Source: Eledone cirrhosa (Eukaryota). From it: DNA of 64,000 bases. The position numbers and the translations under genes were made by a program. The stretch is taken from positions 68,696,001 to 68,760,000 of the forward strand of contig OZ024747.1 of NCBI GenBank assembly GCA_964016885.1, given 5' to 3'. Below, piece after piece: positions 14,418 through 26,380 of this stretch (its first letter is position 1; each line of letters begins with the position of its first letter). The notes below the pieces were generated by a model. It ran no database searches. It had not been told where the DNA came from and worked only from the letters and a program-made list of their open reading frames with translations.

Positions 14418-15599
14418 ACATATATATAAATCTACACATATATATATATAAATCTACATACATACATACATTTACGTATGTATATAGCTATGCATTTATA
14501 CATTTGTATATATATGCATGCATTTATATTTAAGTGTGTAAGGTTATATATATACAAATAAAGATTCAGCAAGAATCGCATTTTCAGCGGGCAAGAAAAG
14601 CGAAGCGAAACGCAAAAATCAGAAATGATACTAGCAAAGTGCTCCATAGTTAAAACCCAGAGCTAAACAATGTGTTAAGAAGCCATACAAAACTGAGAAA
14701 GTGGTCAAGAAGGCATCAACTACCCAAGCCAAAAATATATATATATATATGTGTGTATAATATATATATTACACACACACATACAGACACACACACACAC
14801 ATATATATATATATATGTGTGTGTGTGACAAGAAGCTTGTTTCCCAACCAAATATTTCCGGGTTCAGTCCCACTGCCTGAGCCGACCAAAGCCCTGTGAG
14901 TGGATTTGATAGATCAAAACTAAAAGAAGCCCGTCGTTTATATGTATATATGTCTGTGTGTGTCTTTGCGTTTGTGTTTTCCCTCCCACCAATGCTTGTT
15001 GGTTTGTTGACGTCCCCCATAACTTACCAAGGTGATACTCCAGCATGGGCGTAGTCCAGAGACAGAAAAAAAGTAAAATATATATGTGTGTGTGTGTGTA
15101 GAAGAGGGCTCTCAAACTCAAGGACACAAAAGGGCTATAACGTCCTGGAGGAGAGGCACAGTGGGCCAAACATGGTGGTGGGTGAAACATTTTCACCAGT
15201 TATAATCATTTCTACTATAGGAACAAGGCATGCAATTTGGGGTTTAGGGTTCAGTCGATTGCATCGATCCTAGTACACAACTGGTACTTAATTCATCGAC
15301 CCCAAAAGGATGTAAGGCAAAGTTGAGATCGGCGGAATTTGAACTCAGAACGGAAGAAGTACCGTTAAGCATTTCGCCAGATGTGCTAACGATTCCACCA
15401 GCTCACCGCCTTATTTTCACCAGTTATAATGCGATATGAAATATTGGTTCTACCACGGGCCACAGATAAGTAGTTCGCGGGCCGCATGTGTGAGCCCCCT
15501 ATTGGAGATAAATAGATAGCGAGATAGATAGATAGACGTGTACCAAACACATAGACACATTTCTTACTCTCTCTGTCCCTCCCTCTTTCTCTCTTCATT

Positions 15600-15638
<39 letters not shown>

Positions 15639-16879
15639 AGCATTGTTATTTGGTGTTGTTGAAAAGAGATGTAGCCTTTGACCTGGCAATAAAAAACTGT
15701 AGACAAAATTCTTTCTGTACCAAGGCACACACACAAGTTTGTGTGTGTATGTATATGTGTGTGTGTGTGTGTGTCTATCTATGTTTAAATATAAGGGATA
15801 AAAATATTGCTTTCTCAGTCACCAAGCTTCTCAATTCATTCCTTACTACTTATTTTGCTACTATTTTTCCCCTGAGTTTGTGATTTCAGAGAAAGGTAAG
15901 AAATTCTTCATATTTTGCATCTTTTGTATTTTGACTTTGCAGTTTCAATTGTCTATCCACTCAAAATATTACAACAGCTAACAGTGAAATATAGAATTTA
16001 AAAAAAAAAGAAGCTTTTTCGACTGAGATCAAACGTTTTTTTTTTATTTCAAAAATATATAATTTGAAATAGCTTGCTTTTGTTTTGGACTGAAACTTTT
16101 TTGTATTTAATTCGTATGAATATTTTTTAAAGAATCTAAGATAACTTGATTTGGCCCAGTAATCTACTGATATCAAAACCAGTAGTATATTGAAAAATGG
16201 AAAAATAGGGTAGGGGGGCGTTTCGTGATTTCGAGGGGCAAAAGGGGGCGTTTGGCCAAAATGGGTTGAGAACCTTTGGTATAAAAGATACTCATACAGA
16301 AAGTTTTAATCAGGTTTATTTCCAATCACCATGCAGTGATATATTCTTGGATGTGTACAACACAGACTGGATTTGAACTAGGAATTTTTATTTGTAAACA
16401 AAGGATGAGCATTATCTCATCCACTGGATTACTGTAGATATAATATAAATATATAGTGTACAAAGTGTATTAATAGTCCAAATCATTGTAATGGGGTTTA
16501 AAACGATCTTGATTAAGAACCATTGAACCTGAATGAAACCAAGCAATATTGTATCATTGCAATGACTCAACTGAACAGCAACAAAATGCCTTGTGGCATT
16601 TAGCTACAGCCCTTTACTTTCTGGGTTCAAATACTGTGAAGGTTAGCTTTGCTTTTCATCTTTCTGGGAATGGTAATATAAAGAACTAACCAAGTACTGA
16701 TCGATGGTTTCCAAAAATATGTGGCATTGTGTCTTAGATAGAAATCAATATTTCAGTAGTTAGACCTATATGATTTCTGTAGTGGTTTTAACCATGCCTC
16801 AGATTATTTCAGAAAATCCATGCTAACATGGAAAAATGGACGTTAAACAGGGATAATGATGATCATCATCATTATTTTA

Positions 16880-17065
16880 TGGTGGATTGGCAGTATCGGT
16901 AGAGGGTTGGACGCCATGCTTTCTAGCATAGTTACGTCCCTTTACAGTCTGAGTTCAAATCCCGCTGAAGTTAACTTTGCCTTTCATCCTTACGGGGTCG
17001 ATAAAATAAAGTACCAGTAATGTACTTGGTAATTGCTGGCCTTGTGCCTAAAGTAGAAACAATTA
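16880..17065 (+). mobile_element. tRNA-derived SINE (Nin/Deu-like central domain); representative copy
   Basis: A-box-like tggcagtatcggt, B-box gagttcaaatcc, then gcctttcatccttacggggtcgataaaataaagtaccag. Copies at ~149-310, 3767-3950, 9359-9520, 28280-28420, 28700-28865, 37553-37725, 45449-45665, and minus-strand fragments at 3615-3740, 6315-6418, 15205-15410, 21965-22075, 22395-22540. Confidence 0.88.
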
Positions 17066-17793
17066 TTTTATGGTGAAATTTGATAAAGGTTTGGCTGCTA
17101 TTTCTAGTAAGTTGATCGACAACATAACAAATCCCTCATTCCCTTGTAGAATATAGATAAATTGGGAGAGAGAGAGAGGGAAAGAGAAAGAAAGAAAAGT
17201 GGATATACAGAAAGAGATAGATGGAAGTAAATTACATAATTCTGAAGATATATTTGTTAAGTGAGAAAATAGTTTGATAGATAGCTCTATATATAGAGAT
17301 AGGGGGGTGGGGAAGAGAACTCATAACGCTGATGAATTCATTATTTTTAATCTGTGCAACAGCACTGATTACATCAGACACGCACATATACTTTCTTAGG
17401 TTCATAGAGATACTCACGCATGTGCACGTGCACACACACATGCATACACATACACACCTACACACGCATGTGCACACACATACCTATACAGACGTCGGAT
17501 CTACTCATTTCCTCAAAATTCAAAAAATTTGTTCACATTACAAGATGTATTTAGATTATGAAAACATGATGCATACATATGTACATATGAAATGTATGTA
17601 GCGGATTAGTGGTTGAATCAGAGGTGTTTACATCAGCGCAAAACATGGCCTAAATATTGATTGAAATAGGTGTTTAATCATCTAAGAAACCTTAATCATC
17701 CAAGGCACATATTGCCCAGTGTAGTCAGATGTTAGCTTACAAATTAATGTAGAAATCAATAAGTTTTAAATCTGATGGCACATTTCCTTTTTT

Positions 17794-17862
<69 letters not shown>

Positions 17863-17975
17863 TTTTGGTTATATATATATATATAACCAAAAGTTTATAT
17901 GGTTCGTTGATTATTCAACGAATTCAATTTTACAATAGATTAGAAGCACTCGACAGGAATTTATCTGGAGTATTT

Positions 17976-18263
17976 AATATTATTCAAAATATTCTCATAA
18001 CCCAAGTATATATTTTATTATACATATTTCAAAGGTACAATGGTGTTTCAGTACGTTTTCATCAGATAAAATATATGAGAGATTGGATAAATTACTACCA
18101 CTACAGGAATTGAATATTCAAAACCTTAGTGGTATGTTGCATATCCAATCTCTTATATATTTTATCTGATGAAAACGTACTGAAACACCATTGTACCTTT
18201 GAAATATGTATATTAAAATTTATATTTTGGTTATGAAAATATTTTTCATTTATCAATATTTTG

Positions 18264-18270
<7 letters not shown>
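17976..18270. repeat. Imperfect inverted repeat between (TA)n tracts
   Basis: Arms ~17980-18088 and ~18142-18270 are reverse complements with several mismatches. Confidence 0.85.
18008..18076 (-). ncRNA. Type I hammerhead motif (diverged mirror copy on + at 18155-18223)
   Basis: Minus strand atatattttat-CTGATGA-aaacgtac...gtaccttt-GAAA-tatgt-ATA-ataaaatatat. 11-bp stem I; self-complementary stem III AUAUGUAU. Confidence 0.8.
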
Positions 18271-18298
<28 letters not shown>

Positions 18299-18301
<3 letters not shown>

Positions 18302-19262
18302 TCATCATCACTGTTTTACGTCCGTTCTTCCACGCTAGCATGGGTTAGACGGGTTGTCCTGTTGTGGGCAGTGTCTGGTCGGCTGACCATGCCTTGCTCA
18401 TACAGGAACTGATTTGGTTTGATTTCTACAGTTGGATGCCCTTCCTAACACCAACCTCATTTACAGTGAGTGCTGGGTGCTTTTTCGTGGCGCCTACACG
18501 TCCACTTTAGAGTGTGGGCTGGGTGCTTTTTTGCCGTGGCACCTCCACGACCACCTTGCAGTGGGGGGGTATATATTATATATATATCATAGGAAGGGCA
18601 TCCAGCTGTAGAAAACCTGCCAGAAACAATTCTGTATGAGGGAGACACAGTCTCCCGATCAATCCTGCCTCAAGTGGGACAAAACCGCCCAACCCATGCT
18701 AGCATGGAAGATGGACGTTAAACAATAATGATGATATATGTGTGTGTGTATATATGCAGTATACACTGTAAAGTGGTTGGTGATACTAAGGACATAGAGC
18801 TGTAGAATGCTTGCCAGTAAAAAGGTTGGGAGGACCCTTCAGTTGTATCAAGGACATGACAACCACTCCGCAGCACTTTGTGGAATGTGAGACTGTACAT
18901 AAGCAAGACACAGATCCCTGGCCTGCCTAGGAGATCAGTGGATCTTCTTCAGTACTGACTTGGTCTGTATGGACCCATCCAACCGTTGCTAGCAGGGAAA
19001 GTATATGTTAAAACAATGATAATGATGATATATATATATATCACTGTAAAGTGGTCGTGTAGGTGTCATGACAAAAAGCACCCAGCACACACTGTAAATA
19101 TGGCTGGCGTTAGGAAAGGCATCCAGCGGTAGAAAACCAGCCAGAAACAGTCTTATACAAGTGAGACACGGTCACCAGACCCAACTTGCCTCAAATGAGA
19201 CAAACATGTTTAACCCATGCTAGCGTGGAACATAGACATTAAACGATGATGATGATGATGAG
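18299..19262. mobile_element. Cluster of SINE fragments with an RTE-like (GAT)n tail, in both orientations
   Basis: Repeated aggaagggcatccagctgtagaaaacc...cccatgctagcatggaa..ggacgttaaac(gat)n. Similar cluster at 22905-23340; single copies at 20716-20777 and 34322-34437. Confidence 0.75.
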
Positions 19263-21399
19263 GATATATATACAATACACCTGGCTGCGCATTGTGTCCT
19301 TGAGCAAGACACTTTATTTCACGTTGCTCCAGTCCACTCAGCTTCCAAAAATGAGTTGTACCTATAATTCGAAGGGCCAGCCTTGTCACGTTCGGTGTCA
19401 TGCTGAATCTCCCTGAGAACTACATTAAGGGTACATGTGTCTGTTGAATGCTCAGCCACTTGCACGTTAATTACATGAGCAGTCTGTTCTGTTGATCAAA
19501 TCAATTCATCGTCATAACCGACGGAGTGACATTTTTATTTATTACTATCAGGCCATTTGGAGCAGTGAAGCAGACAATCTCTTATGACCATTCCTTTACT
19601 CTCTCATATTCTCTTCTCACATCTCTCTCTCTCTCTTTCATCTTTTCCACAGCTCTCTATACATTTCATCACAACTCACACAGTTTATTCTATCTTAATA
19701 TTTCACACCATTCATTTCCAAACTGACATCTTGTAGCAGTTTACAATTTGTTCTTTATTCAACACATCCTAATTATATTTCTGTAATAAAAGCACTTTGT
19801 AGTTCACTACCTTTGCTAATTTGACTTGTTTATGATCATTCTTTTGTTTACTCCATGATTTCAACACATCATTCAAAGATTTGAACACAGTTTTATATTT
19901 CATATTTGATGAATAAATAACATAGCTGCCTTCATTTTACTCTCTTTGCATTGTGTTTGCTTTTTGTCAAAATTTAAATCGTGTGGGCATGAATGACTTT
20001 TGTAGAGGAATTTTCCAATGTGTAAACCAAGTATTCTTGGGTTTAACCCAATTTACTCAATTTAATTTCAGCTACACTTCATCCACAACAATCTTCATGG
20101 CAACAGATTAAATCACTCAAACATTCAATACAATTTTTCAGTTCAATGTATCCTACACAACCTTACATCTTCCATCATTTCTTTTGTATCCATTTCATAT
20201 ATATTTATATGTATTATATGTACACATGCTCACGCGCACACACACACACACACACATGCACACGCACACGCACACACACACATCAGTATGCAGAATTTTA
20301 ATGAAAAAACAATTCAACCTAATAAATGTTTTGATAATCCAAAATGGAGAGAGCAAGCTTTATCGACATTTTGTACATGTTATAAAGACCCTTTATATAT
20401 ATATATCAGGTGAGCTTTTCAAACCTTTTCTTTTAATCATTTTCCTTATATAATGAGATCTGTATAAAATGTTTTCTAACCTCCACATTTTTTTTCACTA
20501 CATATAAATATATATATATATATATAATCTTTTCCTACTATATCAAGCATAAAACTAATAATATATTTCTTCATTGTACTGTCTCGTTTGCCTTTTGCAT
20601 ATATCTATCTATCTATATATATATATTTATCCTTATCGAGCCCTCTTTGGATTTTAGTCTTCAAATTTATTATTATTACTATGTATATATATATATATAT
20701 ATATAGGCAAACGATATCATCATCATCATCATCACCGTTTTACGTCCGTTCTTCCATGCTAGCATGGGTTAGACGGGATATATATGTATATACACACACA
20801 TACATACATACAAACCTACTCACATGCATATTTTCCAATACAAATATATAAATAGACATCTCTATATTTTTATATATGGATATATAAATATGTATATGCT
20901 TACATGTATTGGAATGAAACCACATATATTGATTGATCATCTAGGAATACAAAAATAATTAAAATTTAAAAAAGAAGATATAAAGAAAATATAAACAATG
21001 AAATAAATATACATGTCTTGACAAGACACTGGTGTGCAAGGTTTCTGAATATCTGACGTAATTTGCTGTAATTGATTAATTAAAAACAAAACAAAAAATC
21101 GATGACATGTAAGCACGGAAGACAATATCTAAAGCATGAGATCTTTAGTTATGTTGTTAAAGATATGCAGTCATCAAACACAGAGTATGGTTTTTGTTAA
21201 AACTGCTAGCCATCCATTAAACATGGAAGTAAATCAGCTTAAGAAGGATAATATTTGGAAGCTTACAACAGGGATAGTTGAAGTAAGTTAAAGGATGTCT
21301 GCAATGCCAGCTAAGCTTGGAAACTGTTTCCTAAGAAAAAAAATCTAACAACTATTTCTAGTGACAGCTTGTTTCTAGAACACCAATTGTTTAGTAAAG

Positions 21400-21502
21400 A
21401 TGGAAATGAATTCGCTAAGTGAGAACAGTTTCCCTGGAGTTAAGCTAGACACTCAGCACCTCCACGAACATATACTTCGCAACTCGAGTGTATTCTATTT
21501 AG
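21400..21502 (+). CDS. Candidate first coding exon of the SLC35F3/F4-like gene (MEMNSLSENSFPGVKLDTQHLHEHILRNSSVFYL + G)
   Basis: ATG at 21400 in non-repetitive sequence, 34 open codons, then G|gtaaaa. The phase-1 donor matches the phase needed by the 38512 exon (G+AT = Asp). No homology support for this N-terminus. Confidence 0.45.
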
Positions 21503-22184
21503 GTAAAACAAATTTCTTTCACAAGATCATTCTTTTCTATATATTTTCTTATGTTTTCTTTTTATGCTTTTGTTTCTCAATTCCTCATACATTCTTATTT
21601 GTAGGCATCATGTATGTGAATAGGATATATAAAGCCATTGTTTAATCCTACTGATTTATAGATAAGAAGATAATGAATTACATGCATATGTGTCAGTATT
21701 ATATTAAATACATATACAAGCTCTTATCAAATGTACAAGGTATAGATAAATAACATGATTGTATTTAGATACATAAAAACAAATATCACATACACATACA
21801 TAAATATAAACAAATAACACAAATTGTTTGGCTTTAGAAACATGAGAAATAGAACTCAATACATAAAATGTGTGTTTATATACATTTTATGAGGATAAAT
21901 GCATTGGCATCAAAACTCTAGATCATTGAATCACCATAGTTTGTTGGGTAATAATAATAATAATAATTGTTTCTACTTTTGGCACAAGGCCAGCAATTAA
22001 GCAGTACATTACTGGTACTTTATTTTATCAACCCTGTAAGGATGAAAAGCAAAGTTAACCTCGGCGGGATTTGCACCACCACCATCACCACCAGCATAAT
22101 AATAATAATAATGATTTCATTTATTGGCCACAAGGGCCGACATGTAGGGGACAATACAAAGACAGGGATAATAATAATGATAAT

Positions 22185-22378
22185 CTGAAAGAGTTTCCAA
22201 AGATGGTTAAAGAAAATTAGTCCAACCCCGTTTTTTTTTTAACACTTCAAAAGGCATGCTTGCTGGGAACAGCAAGAACCCTCCGATACGTCCTGAATAT
22301 CTGAGGCTGCAGGTAGCGGCTTGATGTTTCAACAAACTTTCCAGTTAACTAACATCAATGACTGAGACTCAAAGAACA
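22185..22378 (+). mobile_element. 3' fragment of a Dong/R4-like element in a (TAA)n tract
   Basis: Encodes LQKACLLGTARTLRYVLNI*, a typical R4/Dong C-terminus; (TAA)n on both sides. Confidence 0.72.
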
Positions 22379-22571
22379 ATAATAATAATAATAATTTCTA
22401 GTATAGACATAAGGCCAGTAATTTGGAGGGAGGGGAAGTCGATTAAATCGACACCAGTACATTACTGGTGCTTTATTTTATCAACCCCGTAAGGTTGAAA
22501 GGTAAAGTTAACCTCAGCAGGATTTGAACACAGAACATAGGACTCACAATAATAATAATAATAATAATAAT

Positions 22572-22880
22572 TTCTTTTCCAAAAACTCTAGCAATCAGTT
22601 GCCAGGTGAAGTGTTAATTGGCTTCAGATCAGTCCTTGATTTTAGATGTTCAATATACCTGGCAGTTCTAGTGATGGCAGAAATTTGGGCACTGCTTAGG
22701 GAAGTCATGGACAGTACCTAGTGCCCTAATGATGATTCGCAAGACTTCTGTCTCTATATAATGCTCATTTCTAATAGCGCCTGCAAGGTCTGCATATTTA
22801 TTGATCTTTTCCATTTCTTTTTAGCCACATTGTGATCTTGAGGGATTGCAATATTAATTTGATTTCATTTTTAGGGTCTG
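22572..22880 (-). mobile_element. Degenerate Dong/R4-like RLE fragment
   Basis: Minus strand reads, with a frameshift, NIAIPQDHNVA.KEMEKINKYADLAGAIRNEHYIETEVLRIIIRALGTV; abuts an (AAT)n tract. Confidence 0.65.
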
Positions 22881-23337
22881 TTTGTTTGTACATATATGTA
22901 TACATGGCAAAAAGTGGTTGGTGTTAGGATGGGCATCTAGTCATAGAAATCTCATATATATATATATATATATATATACACTGTAAATGTGGTTGGTGTT
23001 AGGGAGGGCATCCAACTGTAGAAAACCTGCCAGACAGTCCTATGCGAGCAAGACAATCACTCTTGCCTCAAGTGGGAATACCCCCGTCCAAACCCATGCA
23101 AGCGTGGAACACGGACGTTAAACGTTGATGATGATGATATATATATATATGTCATCATCATCGTTTAACGTCTATTTTCCATGCTAGCATGGGTTAGATG
23201 GATTTGTCCCATTAGAAGCAAGTTGGGTTGGGTGATCGTGTCTTGCTCATATAGGACTGTTTCTGGTGAGATTTCTATGGCTAGATGCCCATCCTAACAC
23301 CAACCACATTTACAGTGTGTGCTGGGTGCTTTTTGCC

Positions 23338-23383
<46 letters not shown>

Positions 23384-24258
23384 ATGTGTGTGTGTGCCTG
23401 TTAGTATCTGCATGTCAATGCAGTCCTTTTCTCAACTCACTCAACATCTTAAATAGTGGATTACAAAGGACAACCACTCAATTTCACATCCAATCACTCC
23501 AAAAGTCAAAACAGGAAGAGTTCATATGTCTCTCCATATGTATGCTTGACTGTAAGTTTGATCACAAGGCAACCATCTTTCTATCTGATTCAATAGGTAT
23601 GCCCTCATTTTAGTCATTTTCATAATTCAACCTGAAGGAATATAACTCAAAGCAAAGATCAAATGCACTTAACTCTCTTACATCACATTGCAATAACTCC
23701 TTAACACTTTAACATTTACATTACTCTATATTTACTAATATATTTTCACGGTAAAGGCTTTACCTCACATAATATCGAATCTACGAGATTTTTATATTAT
23801 TTATTTTGAGAACAATACCTTAACATCAATGTGAGCAGCTGGCTACGGTTTTAAGAGAAAGAGGTGAGAGAATTCTGTCTGGACATGGCTAGTTTAAATG
23901 CTAAGGGTTTAAGATTTAGCCTAATCTTATCTTTTTCTCAGTTTTTCACATAAAAACTCCCACAAATGATGATCTGTTGGAGGCTAAATAGTCTAATTAT
24001 AAAACATGTGTAGTACCTACTGGCAAACATTGGTATATAAATAAACACATTTTAACTCTTCTCACTAAATTGAGTTCTCTTTACTGCTTTGGGTATTCTA
24101 ATTATTATTGCTGCTGCTACTACTACTACTACTACTACTATTACTACTACCACTACTACCACCACCACCACCACTACCACTACTACTACCACCACCACCA
24201 CCACCGACACCACCACCACCACATAGTTTCCACATAGTTTCCATTTATTAATATATTG

Positions 24259-24289
<31 letters not shown>

Positions 24290-24315
24290 ACAATATATTA
24301 ATATATATATATGTG

Positions 24316-24410
<95 letters not shown>

Positions 24411-25017
24411 ATATACATACACTAACACACACACACGCACTAACACACACATACATATATTTATACAAAAGCGTCTATATTATTATCTACTTGATATGTT
24501 TATTTATTATATTGTCAAATGTTTTTCTATAATTGATTCTAGTAAGTAGTTCTGACGGGACTTAGGGATGTGCTGAAATAAAATCTATAAATTTTCAGTC
24601 AGGCAGATCTGACATAACTTTAATTACACAATGTGGGAACTGTTAATAATTACTAACAAATTAAAAACAAATCAACAAAACTATAGAAAACAATATAAAC
24701 AACAAAAGCAATAAACAAGCAAACAAGAAAGGTAAACAGCAACAGCATCTAGAAAACATAGTGTTAATCTGACATTGATGATGGTGGTGGTGGTGGTGGT
24801 GGTGGTGATAAAGGTGGTGGTGGTGGTGGTGATAAAGGTGGTGGTGGTGGTGGTGGTGGTAATGGTGGTGATGGTGGTGGTGATGATGATGATGGCGATG
24901 ATAATGACGACGACAAGGATTATGATGATGATGATGATGATGATGACAGTGGTGGTGGAAATGGTGCTGGCAGCCTTAACTTCACTTTTGTATGAGCTAG
25001 TTGCCAGGATGTGAAGA

Positions 25018-25764
25018 GTGGAGTGGACCATCCACTATATGTTGGTGTAGGGGCTGGAGTGGACCAGCCACTATATGTTGGTGTAGGGGCTGGAGTGGAC
25101 CAGCCACTATATGTTGGTGTAGGGGCTGGAGTGGACCAGCCACTATATGTTGGTGTAGGGGCTGGAGTGGACCAGCCACTATATGTTGGTGTAGGGGCTG
25201 GAGTGGACCAGCCACTATATGTTGGTGTAGGGGCTGGAGTGGACCAGCCACTATATGTTGGTGTAGGGGCTGGAGTGGACCATCCACTATATGTTGGTGT
25301 AGGGGCTGGAGTGGACCATCCACTATATGTTGGTGTAGGGGCTGGAGTGGACCATCCACTATATGTTGGTGTAGGGGCTGGAGTGGACCATCCACTATAT
25401 GTTGGTGTAGGGGCTGGAGTGGACCATCCACTATATGTTGGTGTAGGGGCTGGAGTGGACCATCCACTATATGTTGGTGTAGGGGCTGGAGTGGACCATC
25501 CACTATATGTTGGTGTAGGGGCTGGAGTGGACCATCCACTATATGTTGGTGTAGGGGCTGGAGTGGACCATCCACTATATGTTGGTGTAGGGGCTGGAGT
25601 GGACCAGCCACTATATGTTGGTGTAGGGGCTGGAGTGGACCAGCCACTATATGTTGGTGTAGGGGCTGGAGTGGACCAGCCACTATATGTTGGTGTAGGG
25701 GCTGGAGTGGACCAGCCACTATATGTTGGTGTAGGGGCTGGAGTGGACCAGCCACTATATGTTG
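25018..25764. repeat. 36-bp GC-rich minisatellite, ~21 copies
   Basis: Unit ggagtggacca(g/t)ccactatatgttggtgtaggggct, head-to-tail without spacers. Confidence 0.97.
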
Positions 25765-25797
25765 GGGCTGTAGTATGATGGTATAAATACTTTACAG

Positions 25798-26108
25798 CAG
25801 TGCTACTCAAAGTGGTGGTCCGTGGACCGGTGCCGGTAAGTGAGCCATCAGCTACCGGTACGCGGGGCCAGTATCCAGGCCATGCTAAGGAATCATCTGA
25901 GGGATTTTTTTTATTACTTTTTTATATGTTTTGATATTGTATTATTTGTTTACAAAATAAATAGAAGATAAAAAAAATGGTCAACTATTATTATATTCAA
26001 TATATCGTTTCCGGTATAAATTAATATTACTACAAAATATTAGCGGTACGTGGCACATTGAAAAAAAGAAATGCCGGTCCGCCACATCAGATAGTTTGAG
26101 AAGCACTG
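25798..26108. mobile_element. hAT (Charlie/Buster-like) MITE
   Basis: TIRs CAGTGCTACTCAAA / TTTGAGAAGCACTG; perfect 8-bp TSD ctttacag (25790-25797, 26109-26116). Confidence 0.92.
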
Positions 26109-26331
26109 CTTTACAGGATTAGCTTGAAACAAGGAGCCATCTCAAGCTAACATTTTACCTACTATACTATCAATAATGATGCTCACTATATTTATGTATT
26201 GAGTCCTTTTTCTCAAAAAGGTAGACAATACCAGTAATATGCATCATAAACATCATCATCATCATTTGAATATTTTTGTTTATAGGTCTACCTAAATGGG
26301 TTCATCTGGGGATAAACTACTACTACTGCTG

Positions 26332-26380
<49 letters not shown>

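Larger units (their letters stand above)
12259..16278. mobile_element. hAT-type non-autonomous element expanded by nested insertions
   Basis: TIRs (t)AAAGGTTCTCAAC / GTTGAGAACCTTTG; 8-bp TSD gtatagaa / gtataaaa (1 mismatch). Confidence 0.75.

Noticed and set aside
15890-15895. Possible 6-nt microexon (tttcag|AGAAAG|gtaaga)
   Set aside because: Lies inside a hAT element span and has no independent support.
25018-25764. 36-bp repeat as a CRISPR array
   Set aside because: Units are contiguous with no unique spacers, there are no cas genes, and the context is eukaryotic.
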